From assembly GCA_018433775.1 (NCBI GenBank), contig JAHDQN010000057.1, positions 66,121 through 130,120 on the forward strand: a stretch of 64,000 bases of DNA, written 5' to 3'. The position numbers were made by a program, and so were the translations under genes. Of the stretch, positions 27,901 through 35,697 are shown one piece after another. The stretch comes from Deltaproteobacteria bacterium. GTDB lineage: Bacteria; Desulfobacterota; Desulfomonilia; UBA1062. A model generated the notes under the pieces. It saw only the letters and a program-made list of their open reading frames with translations, was not told the DNA's origin and made no database searches. How positions within the stretch are numbered: position 1 is the first letter of the stretch; each line of letters starts with the position of its first letter.

Positions 27901-28053
27901 AAGATCGAGGCGACCGAGAGACGCATCGCGAAAAGAGAAGAGATCTTGATGGCCCAGTTCGTCACCATGGAAAGGCTCATTACCCAGTTTCAGGCTCAGC
28001 AGCAGTGGCTGGGGTCTCAGATCGGCAGCCTTGGCGGGTGGTCGGGCGAGTAG
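24946..28053 (+). CDS. fliD: Flagellar filament cap protein FliD (HAP2), unusually long (1035 aa).
   Basis: N-terminal FliD_N (GMASGFDWASMITQLIALERRPIDLMESDKENVNARYNAW) and C-terminal FliD_C (...MNSIDLKIEATERRIAKREEILMAQFVTMERLITQFQAQQQWL). Long Ser/Thr/Gly/Asp-rich middle. Confidence 0.85.
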   Translation: MNTGNRAQGGTDVSNYISGMASGFDWASMITQLIALERRPIDLMESDKENVNARYNAWTSINTNLLSLKTAAKALSTKEDFNLYSSGSSITGTSADVTDLLDFSIGSNATEGSYSLKVNNLAQAQKLGSRSFSSTSEALNISGDLVINGQAVNIASTDSLSDVRNKINELNSGENSAGVTASIFTVDQGEYRLTFTSQKTGAGGIDIANGSSTDVLGLLGLTDETADLKHAVTGGAQSSLFTSSTQDIETLLGLSAGASGNVTIAGESIAIDLSTDSLQSIRDTINSNANLQSLGVSASIVSETDSGTTQYRIQINGTQSLTDTDNILQTLGFIKLGHSDVTGLAGGTGNTVNGKAITEDTLLADIDGYNTWTSGDTITIQGTDHGGSAVGPVSFTVNASSTMGDLLQAVETAFGSNVSTYVDGSGAIVVEDQLSGASGLALTLTSNLADANSVLDFGAFDASTIRKRQITAGEDALITVDGIDITRSDNQITDVISGVTLSLRSEDPDAEITLNINRDYDGIKKKISDFVTSYNDIISYVNSQFDYTEKGEDVETPPLFGDSALLTVRGSIRNVILSGVTGLSSSFDHLSLIGVNLDKNGNLSINDAKLDGYLRTNFSDVVNLFVAQGSSSNSNVTYLSSREKTQEGTYDLEITQAATQANTTGVGFNGILSEDSTLTVTDQGGREAIISLEAGWGITSIVNAMNSEFSREYQEVRVGANSYYSDASQTSAVNAGTTWDSVHDETGASANLADGDTITFSGTNRSGKEISGSYTIADVSADTVGGLLSEIEASFGSGYDAYIDSQGRIAIKDTAMGDSKLSLSVSAVKNLDFGAIDVDPTGADGSQEGRYSMSMTAANSDGQLKISNNDYGDYSFTVSAAGGNLGVNDGTYTGTAVAGRIRAEGSSAWMTMTGSGRTLTVDNGQDAEGLVLRYAGSSTGTFDFTFMTGVGEKMDRALYYMTDTFDGFIADKQSTLKNRMNSIDLKIEATERRIAKREEILMAQFVTMERLITQFQAQQQWLGSQIGSLGGWSGE

Positions 28054-28084
28054 GATACAGAGATACCGGGGCACAGAGCTGGAA

Positions 28085-28115
28085 GGGGTGACGGAGCTAT
28101 CCGCCACCCCCTTTT
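28085..28115. terminator. Rho-independent-type terminator between convergent fliD and 28137..28601(-): GGGGTGACGGA-gcta-TCCGCCACCCC followed by CTTTTC.
   Basis: 11-bp stem with one mismatch, 4-nt loop and a T-run on the plus strand, 32 nt after the fliD stop. Confidence 0.55.
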
Positions 28116-28136
28116 CATTCCGGGAATACGGGTGCT

Positions 28137-28601
28137 TCAGTGTGCGGCCGGGACGGGATAGGACCTGTCACCCATCTTGAGAATGATCCTTCCTTCTTCA
28201 TCCTCTTCCATCATCAGGGCCAGCAGATAATACGCGGCGCGGGAGAATCGCACCTTCATGCCGTCTGGCAGCAGGCAGTACATGACGTTCTGCTCTCCGA
28301 TGGACAGGGTCCCGGGGTCGAGCTTGTGAACCTCGCCCGTGTTCAGAAGCACCAGGAGTCCGGTCTCCTGGTCCCCCCGGATGGACGCCACCACGAAGGG
28401 GGTGTCTTCCACATCCACATAGCAGACCTCGGACTGAAAGACGATCCGGTACCTGCCATCTTCGTCCTTCTGGAGCGCATTGCAGAATGTCAGGAGAACC
28501 AAGGGGTTCACGATCTCCTGGTTCTCGTAGTACCATTTCCCTTCCTTGTCGATCCGGATTTTGCAGGAGTCGGTGACATCCCGGAGTTCGCTCGGCTTCA
28601 T
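28137..28601 (-). CDS. Conserved hypothetical protein (DUF1285-like?).
   Basis: 154 aa. IRIDKEGKWYYENQEI...LLTFCNALQKDEDGRYRIV resembles the DUF1285 family as I recall it. Weak call. Confidence 0.35.
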   Translation of the reverse strand: MKPSELRDVTDSCKIRIDKEGKWYYENQEIVNPLVLLTFCNALQKDEDGRYRIVFQSEVCYVDVEDTPFVVASIRGDQETGLLVLLNTGEVHKLDPGTLSIGEQNVMYCLLPDGMKVRFSRAAYYLLALMMEEDEEGRIILKMGDRSYPVPAAH

Positions 28602-28746
28602 GGACCTGTCTCCCCGTTTTTTTCTTTTCTATTTTAGCATAACCCGACCCCATGACCATCTCAAGGATAAAGTATTCTCAAGTAATATTGATTCCTTGAT
28701 CTTACTGTGGTAATCAGACTCGATATGTGTTCTCCAAACTCTTTGG

Positions 28747-29355
28747 ATGCAAGGGGAGGTTATGGCAAAAGGCGATAAGCAGGAGATGATCATCGATGCG
28801 GCCCTGGAGGTGTTCCGCGAGAGAGGCTACGCAAACGCGCGGATGGCCGATATCGCCAGGAGAGCGGGTGTTTCCTACGGGCTGGTCTATCACTATTTTG
28901 GAAGCAAAGAGGTTCTGTTCAACCTGATCGTGGGCACCTGGTGGAACGACCTGTATTCGATGATGGAGCGTGAAAAGGCATCGAACGCCGATTTCCGCCA
29001 GAAGCTCGTTCACGTCATCACCTTCTTCCTCGACACCTACATCCAGAGGCCCAACCTCATATCCATCTTCGTGAGCGAGGTGTGCCGGAGCTCGGTCTAT
29101 CATACCGAAGAGGGCCTGGCAAAGTTCCTGAAGTTCTTCAGCCTGTGCGAGGAGATCATGCTCGAAGGCCAGCACAAGGGACTCCTCAAAAAGGAGATCT
29201 CCCCCCACCATCTCACCTACATCTTCTATGGGGCGATCGAGACCTTTATTTCCGTCATGGTTCTCGGCAAGGAACCCCTGACCAGGAAGCGGGAGGAGCG
29301 TGCCGTGAACGCGATTCTCGAGGTGTTCATGGACGGCGCCAAGGCCGCTGTGTAG
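28747..29355 (+). CDS. TetR/AcrR family transcriptional regulator.
   Basis: N-terminal HTH IIDAALEVFRERGYANARMADIARRAGVSYGLVYHYFGSKEVLF. Confidence 0.85.
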   Translation: MQGEVMAKGDKQEMIIDAALEVFRERGYANARMADIARRAGVSYGLVYHYFGSKEVLFNLIVGTWWNDLYSMMEREKASNADFRQKLVHVITFFLDTYIQRPNLISIFVSEVCRSSVYHTEEGLAKFLKFFSLCEEIMLEGQHKGLLKKEISPHHLTYIFYGAIETFISVMVLGKEPLTRKREERAVNAILEVFMDGAKAAV

Positions 29356-29446
29356 AGCACGGCGAAAGGGCCCTCCCCGGGAAAACGAGAAAGCGCTCAA
29401 CTGTTCCGAGGAAATATCCGAACTAAAAAAATGAGGGAGTACGCCC

Positions 29447-30316
29447 ATGCCGAGAAAATCCGGAAAGGTCATCATCTGCGCGGCCCTGGCCGGGCCTGCG
29501 ACCATGAAGACACAGAACCCTGCCGTGCCCTACACGCCGCGGGAATTCGCCGAAGAGGCGGCCAGGTGTTACCGGGCAGGGGCGGCCATGGTCCATGTCC
29601 ACGCCCGGGACGACCAGGGCATGCCCACGCACGAGATCGAAAGGATTCGGGACACCTATAATGCGATCAAGGACAAAACCCCTGAGCTGATCGTGAACCT
29701 GAGCTCTGCCGTGGGATTCGGGAAAACGCCCGAACAGAGGCTGGCCCAGATCATGGCGATCCGTCCGGAGATGGCCTCGCTGAACACCAACACCATGAAC
29801 TTCAGCATGATCGACCGGCCGACAGGGAGGATCGTGGCGGATTTCGTCTTCGAAAACACCTTCACCATGCTGCAGGATTTCGGAAAGGCGATGGAATCCG
29901 AAAAGATCAAACCCGAGATCGAGTGCTACGACATGGGCGGGATCGACAACACGCTTCTCATGGCAAAGCAGGGGTTCTTCTCGGGGCCCATGAACTTCAA
30001 TTTTGTCTGGGGGGTTGCCGGGGGGCAGTCCTTCCGCCCCGACGCCTTTGTCGCCATGGTCAACGCGCTGCCCCCAGGCTCGGAGTTCACCGCCTGCGGG
30101 GTGGGCCTGGACCAGTTTCCCTCCATCACCCAGTCGTGCCTGCTGGGCGGTCACATGCGGGTAGGGCTGGAGGACAATATCAGGGTTCCGGGCGGGGATC
30201 TCGCAAAAGGAAGCTACGAGCAGGTCGAGTGGGCTCTCAGGATTGCGGAAGTCCTGAGCAGGGAGCCCGCGACGCCGGATGAGGCACGGACAATCATGGG
30301 CCTCAGAACATCGTGA
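29447..30316 (+). CDS. 3-keto-5-aminohexanoate cleavage enzyme family (BKACE / DUF849) TIM-barrel protein.
   Basis: 289 aa. VIICAALAGPATMKTQNPAVPYTPREFAEEAARCYRAGAAMVHVHARD is the typical BKACE N-terminus. Confidence 0.7.
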   Translation: MPRKSGKVIICAALAGPATMKTQNPAVPYTPREFAEEAARCYRAGAAMVHVHARDDQGMPTHEIERIRDTYNAIKDKTPELIVNLSSAVGFGKTPEQRLAQIMAIRPEMASLNTNTMNFSMIDRPTGRIVADFVFENTFTMLQDFGKAMESEKIKPEIECYDMGGIDNTLLMAKQGFFSGPMNFNFVWGVAGGQSFRPDAFVAMVNALPPGSEFTACGVGLDQFPSITQSCLLGGHMRVGLEDNIRVPGGDLAKGSYEQVEWALRIAEVLSREPATPDEARTIMGLRTS

Positions 30317-30429
30317 GGGATTGAGCGGTATGAGGAGGGACCAGGCGGTATGTTTCCTTGAGACCCTCATTCGTCTCTTTACTCTTTCTGATCAGGAGGC
30401 GTGCTGTTCTCAAGGGCAGGAGGAAATGC

Positions 30430-31836
30430 ATGATGCTTCACGGGCGGAATAGACGGAGGGCAGTAATCCTGTGCGTTGCTTTTCTGCTCGCCCTCGTGGG
30501 TACGGGACACCCCGCTCGGGCACATATGACCCACACCGTGAGGGAGGGGGACTCGCTCGGCCGGATCGCCGCGCACTATCTCCCCTACACCGATTCATAC
30601 ACCAGTGAAGAGCTCATCAGCGACATCAGGGCGCTCAACGCCTTGAGCTCCAGCATGCTCTCGATAGGGCAGGACCTCACCATTCCCGTGGTCCGGAGCG
30701 AGCCTGTCAGGGCAACGAGCAGGCCGAAGGCCAAGGACTTTGCCGCCCGGGGCATCTATGTGAATGAACAGAATGCGGGAACCGGAAGGATCTTCGACCT
30801 GACGCGGAGACTGAGGAGCTCCGGGGAGAACACGGTCGTGGTCGACGTCAAGGAGGTAAAGGGAACGCTTGCCTACCCGAGCTCCATTCCCGGCGCCTTT
30901 GCCTCGGTCTCTTCCTGCCCGTACAGCATCGGGGACATTTCAAAGCTCATTGATCATCTCCACAAGATGGACATGCATGTGGTGGCGCGTGTCTGCGTTT
31001 TCCGGGACAAGCTCATGGCCTCGTCGATGGAAGGCTGGAGATACAGCGAGGAATGGGTCAATCCGGCCAACGAGGATGTTCAGCAGTATCATCTCGCCCT
31101 TATCCGGGAGCTCATAGGCCTGGGCGTGGACGAGATACAGCTCGACTACTTCCGGTATCCTGCCGACGGAAGGACGGACACCGGCATTGAGGGCAAAGAC
31201 CGGAGCGACGTTATCGCCGAATACCTCGCGCAGATACACGATCTCACCTCGGCGGGCAAGGTGCTGCTCTCCCTGGACATGTTCGGGATCGTGATCTGGC
31301 AGCGGAGCATGGATGTCAGCGTGCTGGGGCAGGATGTGCAGAAGATCGTGGATCACATCGACATCATCTCGCCCATGCTCTATCCTTCTCATTTCGGAAA
31401 GGACTTCGACGGCATACCCAACCCGGCTGACGAACCCTACTATTTCGTGAGAGAAGGGGTGCAGAGGCTCAAGAACATCGTGGGAGACAGGGCGGCCATC
31501 AGGCCCTGGCTGCAGTCGTTCCCCTTGAGAATCACCGCCGGTTTCGATCCTGAATACGTCAGGTGCCAGATCGATGCCGCACGGGATGCCGGCGCAGTCG
31601 GCTGGCTCCTCTGGAGCCCGGGAAACCGGTATGACGAGGCCTTTGCCGCACTCGAGGACATGCACGTCGCAAAGATGGCCGAGAAAGCGGCCCTTCAGGA
31701 AGAAGAGCAGGGCGGGAGCGTGCAGGGATCGGATGCGAACTGGCACTTCGAGAAGTGCCTTACCCCAGGATCTCCCGGACAGCTGCTCCTTCCTGTAGAC
31801 GGTCCGGCGGTGAGACAGATGGGAATACCGTTCTAG
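30430..31836 (+). CDS. Secreted LysM-domain protein with a GHL10-like (DUF4015-type) putative glycoside-hydrolase TIM-barrel domain. Start taken at MMLHGRN after an AGGAGG Shine-Dalgarno; the track ORF begins at 30358.
   Basis: Signal peptide, then LysM (HTVREGDSLGRIAAHY...LSIGQDLTIPV), then a TIM-barrel-like region (VVVDVKEVKGTLAYPS...VDEIQLDYFRYP). Confidence 0.55.
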   Translation: MMLHGRNRRRAVILCVAFLLALVGTGHPARAHMTHTVREGDSLGRIAAHYLPYTDSYTSEELISDIRALNALSSSMLSIGQDLTIPVVRSEPVRATSRPKAKDFAARGIYVNEQNAGTGRIFDLTRRLRSSGENTVVVDVKEVKGTLAYPSSIPGAFASVSSCPYSIGDISKLIDHLHKMDMHVVARVCVFRDKLMASSMEGWRYSEEWVNPANEDVQQYHLALIRELIGLGVDEIQLDYFRYPADGRTDTGIEGKDRSDVIAEYLAQIHDLTSAGKVLLSLDMFGIVIWQRSMDVSVLGQDVQKIVDHIDIISPMLYPSHFGKDFDGIPNPADEPYYFVREGVQRLKNIVGDRAAIRPWLQSFPLRITAGFDPEYVRCQIDAARDAGAVGWLLWSPGNRYDEAFAALEDMHVAKMAEKAALQEEEQGGSVQGSDANWHFEKCLTPGSPGQLLLPVDGPAVRQMGIPF

Positions 31837-32111
31837 GTAGACGTCCCTGTGAACCCCTTTGGCTTATGGGAAATAGCTGATCACACATTCACATCCTAAG
31901 CTTCCTAATATCCCAAAAGAATTATTGATCTCTGAGAGAACTATTCGCAGGAGAAAGCTTGAGGGCCGGTTCAAGCATGATGAAGGCGAAAGGATCATGA
32001 GGCTTGTTCGATCCGGCCATAAGAATCCTTGGAGGCAAGGAAGACACGTCAATTGCGGAACGGATGTGAAACGAAAACGGAAAAATTAACGCTTGTTTTA
32101 TTAAGGCGAAA

Positions 32112-32208
32112 TGGCGGAAGCGCACAGGAATCGAACCTGCCCAGGACGCTCGACGCGCCCCACACCGGATTTGAAGTCCGGGGGACCCACCAGAACCCGA
32201 CCGCTTCC
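32112..32208 (-). tRNA. selC: tRNA-Sec (selC), anticodon UCA, 97 nt.
   Basis: Minus-strand RNA GGAAGCGG-TCGGGTTCTGGTGGGTCCC-CCGGA-CTTCAAA-TCCGG-TGTGGGGCGCGTCGAGCGTCCTGGG-CAGG-TTCGATT-CCTG-TGCGCTTCC-G-CCA. It has the extended 8-position acceptor, a long variable arm, anticodon loop CUUCAAA (UCA) and a colinear architecture with E. coli selC (GGAAGATC...GGACTTCAAATCC...GGTTCGACTCC...). Anchored against track ORF 32029..32256. The 8th acceptor pair is G·G. Confidence 0.85.
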
Positions 32209-32342
32209 ACAGGTGGGGTATATAGCATGTTCGTTCTAAGAGAGCAAACACTCTGAGTGCAACTGACCGGGCGGCGGCCATCGCGATGGCGTGCATGGAT
32301 TCCATCTTGACAGGATTACGTGTTTAATGGTCTTTTTCCCCT

Positions 32343-32864
32343 ATGACAACAAGACTGGTCGTCTGCCTTGTCGTGTCTCTGATCATCCATGCCGTTGCGC
32401 TGGTTCAGCCCTGGAGCCTCGTTGTTGTCGCAGGCGCCGTCAGGCAGCCTTCCCTGAGCATTCCGGTCAGGCTGGTGGATGAGGTCGGGCCTGAAGATCT
32501 CCTTCGTAAGGTCGAGAAGGTTCCGGATGAGATAGAAGAGGTAAGCGAGGGCATCAGCTTTGAGACCGAAGGTGAGGTGAGCGCCGACTATCTCGAGCTG
32601 CTCAAGGCGAAGATATTCGATGCCTGGGAATATCCCGAGGATGCCATCGCCGGCGGTGCCGACGGGACTGTGAGGGTCCGCTTCGTTCTCGACGCCCTGG
32701 GCTCGGTGACAGAGATCGGCGTCCTGTCTGGCTCCGGTCACGCGAGCCTGGATTCCGCAGCCCTGGCTGCCGTGCGGAAGGCCGGGCCGTTCGGCCCGTT
32801 CACCGAAGACTTGGCCGGCGAGACGCTCAATATTACCGGCAGCTTCTGCTATGTGCTCGACTGA
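32343..32864 (+). CDS. TonB C-terminal-domain protein (energy transducer TonB family, short form).
   Basis: 173 aa. N-terminal TM segment; C-terminal TonB_C motif YPEDAIAGGADGTVRVRFVLDALGSVTEIGVLSGSGHASLDSAALAAVRKAGPFGPF. Confidence 0.7.
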   Translation: MTTRLVVCLVVSLIIHAVALVQPWSLVVVAGAVRQPSLSIPVRLVDEVGPEDLLRKVEKVPDEIEEVSEGISFETEGEVSADYLELLKAKIFDAWEYPEDAIAGGADGTVRVRFVLDALGSVTEIGVLSGSGHASLDSAALAAVRKAGPFGPFTEDLAGETLNITGSFCYVLD

Positions 32865-32975
32865 GATTATCCTGGAGATCCGCCTGATGAGGTGTATGAC
32901 ATTATGTCATATGTCGAGACCTGACCCCATGATTGATTCTAAGGCGGATGCGCCATTGTGCCGATAGGGGAGGGT

Positions 32976-33161
32976 ATGGATCCGATACAGGGGACAAACA
33001 ACTCTCTGGCCATGGCCCTCATCGCGGTCAAATACCTGGAAGACGCCCAGCAGTTGAGCGCCGCCAGGGCCGGTATGATGCTCGATACCGTCAAGGAGAC
33101 CGGGGAGCTCGTGGTCCAGCTCATCGAAGGGCTCGGCGAGAACATCGATCTCTACGCCTGA
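32976..33161 (+). CDS. YjfB-like putative motility protein (small, about 61 aa).
   Basis: MDPIQGTNNSLAMALIAVKYLEDAQQLSAARAGMMLDTVKETGELVVQLIEGLGENIDLYA. The size and C-terminal ...LGxxIDxxA pattern match the YjfB_motility family as I recall it. GGGGAGGG Shine-Dalgarno before the ATG at 32976; the track ORF begins at 32958. Confidence 0.45.
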   Translation: MDPIQGTNNSLAMALIAVKYLEDAQQLSAARAGMMLDTVKETGELVVQLIEGLGENIDLYA

Positions 33162-33240
33162 AAAACCGGGTGCGCATTTCCACCAGGCTGAATTCTATTG
33201 CGTCTTGCATATATTTTCAGCCGGTATTATGACATCTCTC

Positions 33241-34014
33241 ATGCGTTTTCTTCTGACCAATGACGACGGAATATATGCCCAGGGCCTGCTTGCCATCAAA
33301 CAGGCACTCGAAGAGATCGGCGAGGTGGTGGTGATCGCTCCGGTTACCGAGCAGTCTGCGGTGGGTCACACCATAACCCTGGCCGATCCCCTGAAGGTGA
33401 TCCCCATCCACCGAAGCGGCGGATTCTACGGCTACGGCATCACGGGCTCGCCCGCCGATTGCGTGAAACTGGGTATATCCTGCATCATGGAATCCCCGCC
33501 CGATCTGGTGGTTTCGGGCATCAACCGGGGCGAGAACGTGGGCATCAACGTGCTCTATTCGGGAACGGTCTCCGCCGCCACCGAGGCCCTGATCCTCGGG
33601 CATACCGGGCTTGCCCTGTCCGTGGACAACTACCAGAACCCCGACTACCGGGCCGCGAGCGTGTTCGGCTCCCGCCTGGCATCCAGCCTCGCATCGAGGC
33701 GGGATCCGGCGCCACTGGCCCTGAACGTGAACTGCCCGTCCTGTCCGATCCATGAGATCACCGGCGTGAAGATCACCCGGCAGAGTGAATCGAGGATCGT
33801 GGACAAGTTCGTGAAAAGGGAAAATCCCAGAGGCACGATATACTACTGGCAGGCAGGGATGACCCAGATCATCGACGACGGGGAGGATACGGACGCGATA
33901 TGCCTGAAGAAAAAGATGATCTCCATCACCCCCATCCACTACCGGCTGGGATACAGTCCGCAGGACGGCGAGCTCAAGAATCTCGACCTGGAGGAAATGC
34001 TCCGTGGGGTATGA
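33241..34014 (+). CDS. surE: 5'/3'-nucleotidase SurE. Start at MRFLLTNDDGI; the track ORF starts at 33205.
   Basis: MRFLLTNDDGIYAQGL...VVVIAPVTEQSAVGHTITL...SGINRGENVG...YSGTVSAATEA is the canonical SurE sequence. Confidence 0.9.
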   Translation: MRFLLTNDDGIYAQGLLAIKQALEEIGEVVVIAPVTEQSAVGHTITLADPLKVIPIHRSGGFYGYGITGSPADCVKLGISCIMESPPDLVVSGINRGENVGINVLYSGTVSAATEALILGHTGLALSVDNYQNPDYRAASVFGSRLASSLASRRDPAPLALNVNCPSCPIHEITGVKITRQSESRIVDKFVKRENPRGTIYYWQAGMTQIIDDGEDTDAICLKKKMISITPIHYRLGYSPQDGELKNLDLEEMLRGV

Positions 34015-34696
34015 AGGCCTGGAGTCCAGGATCGGATATGTCTTTCGCCGCAAAGAGCTCCTGGAGGAGGCTATGACACACACCACCTATGTCAACGAGC
34101 ACCGCGAAGAGGATATCCAGGACAACCAGCGGCTCGAGTTTCTCGGCGACTCGGTGGTGAATGCCGTGATCACGGCCCGGTTGTTTTCCGAGCTCACGGA
34201 CGAGCGTGAGGGAAACCTGACCAAGAAGCGCGCGGAGCTCATCAACGAGACCGCGCTCTCGAAAATCGCCCGGCACCTCTCACTCGGCGATCACCTGAGT
34301 CTGGGCAGGGGCGAGGAGTTGGACCAGGGCAGGGAGAAGACCTCGATCCTGGCGGACGCCTACGAGGCGCTCATCGGAGCCGTTTTCCTTGACAGCTCGT
34401 TCGACGAGGCGTCCCGTATTGTGGAGAGGCATTTCACGGACGTGCTCGGACCTATCGAGAAGGTGACCATCACCGACTACAAGAGCCTCCTGCTCGAGGT
34501 CTGCCAGTCACGTTTCAAGTGCCTGCCACGGGTCGTGGTGGTGGACGAGATCGGGCCGGAGCACGAAAAGGAATTCGTCGTCAACGTGGAGCTCGAGGGT
34601 CGTGTGGTGGGCCGGGGAAGAGGGCGGAACAAGAAGCAGGCAGCGCAGAGCGCATGCAAGGAGGCGTTGAAATCTCTGGATTATCCCCTGTCGTAA
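34004..34696 (+). CDS. rnc: Ribonuclease III.
   Basis: RNase III signature NQRLEFLGDSVVNAVI and a C-terminal dsRBD (KSLLLEVCQSRFKCLPRVVVVDEIGPEHEKEFVVNVELEGRVVGRGRGRNKKQAAQSACKEALKSL). Overlaps the surE stop by 11 nt. Confidence 0.9.
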   Translation: MGYEGLESRIGYVFRRKELLEEAMTHTTYVNEHREEDIQDNQRLEFLGDSVVNAVITARLFSELTDEREGNLTKKRAELINETALSKIARHLSLGDHLSLGRGEELDQGREKTSILADAYEALIGAVFLDSSFDEASRIVERHFTDVLGPIEKVTITDYKSLLLEVCQSRFKCLPRVVVVDEIGPEHEKEFVVNVELEGRVVGRGRGRNKKQAAQSACKEALKSLDYPLS

Positions 34697-35697
34697 TCCC
34701 TGTATTCGTGTCCCATCTGGGGTGTCCGCACCGGTGCATCTTCTGCGACCAGACACAGTTTTCGGAGCCGGTGGCGCCCGAACGGATACCCGGTATCGTC
34801 TCCACGTTCATCGCCGGCTGCAGAGATCCCCACCTGCGGAAGCGGATCATTGCCTTTTACGGGGGGTCCTTCACCGGGATTACGCCCGGCCTGCTCGACC
34901 GTTATCTGGCAGAGGCCGGCCGTCTGGTCGAGGCAGGGATCGTCCACGGCATCAAGGCGTCGACCCGGCCCGATATGATCACTCCCGAGCTCCTCGCCAG
35001 GTGCAGAAGAACCGGATTCGTCGAGATGGAGATCGGGGTCCAGTCAATGGACGACCGCGTCCTCGAAGCGAGCAGGAGGGGGCACAGCGCGTCCGATGCG
35101 GTCAGCGCCGCCCGGATCGTCCGTGATTCGGGCCTGGAGCTGGGCATCCAGCTCATGCCGGGGCTTCCCGGAGAAGACAGGGAGAGCTTCCGTCGCACCA
35201 TCGACGAGACGGTGAGCCTGAGGCCCGATCATGTCCGGCTCTATCCCGCCGTGGTGGTCAAGGGCACCGAGATGGATCGTATGTACCAGGCCGGTGCATA
35301 TGTTCCCCTTGACCTCGATGAGGCCGTCAGGCGATGCCTGTACGGGTATGCCCGGTTCTCGCGACAGGGATGCACCGTGCTCAGGATGGGGCTGCCTCCT
35401 TCCCGGTCCTTGCAGGTCGCGGCAGGCCCGTACCACCCCGCGTTCGGCTTTCTCGTCAAGGCCCGGGGGTATCGTGTCATGACGGGTGTGCTCAAACAGC
35501 GTTTCGGCGGTGAGCTGGATCTGGAAGTGCATCCGGGCAGCGTGTCGGAACTCATCGGGTACCGGAAGGAAAACATTGATGAATTCGGGTTTATTTACAG
35601 TTTTGACGAGCGTTTGCCGAGGGATTATGTACAGGTGCGCGGTGCTGTAGAAAGAGGTTGCCTCCAACTTAAGGATATTTTAGAGTATATTTTATGA
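34654..35697 (+). CDS. Radical SAM protein (ELP3/HemN-like core). Start uncertain: ATG 34654 (43-nt overlap with rnc) or GTG about 34711.
   Basis: CxxxCxxC cluster CPHRCIFC near the N-terminus, followed by a GGSFTG (GGGTP-like) motif. The track ORF from 34519 has an Arg/Gly-rich junk N-terminus read through rnc. Confidence 0.7.
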   Translation: MQGGVEISGLSPVVIPVFVSHLGCPHRCIFCDQTQFSEPVAPERIPGIVSTFIAGCRDPHLRKRIIAFYGGSFTGITPGLLDRYLAEAGRLVEAGIVHGIKASTRPDMITPELLARCRRTGFVEMEIGVQSMDDRVLEASRRGHSASDAVSAARIVRDSGLELGIQLMPGLPGEDRESFRRTIDETVSLRPDHVRLYPAVVVKGTEMDRMYQAGAYVPLDLDEAVRRCLYGYARFSRQGCTVLRMGLPPSRSLQVAAGPYHPAFGFLVKARGYRVMTGVLKQRFGGELDLEVHPGSVSELIGYRKENIDEFGFIYSFDERLPRDYVQVRGAVERGCLQLKDILEYIL

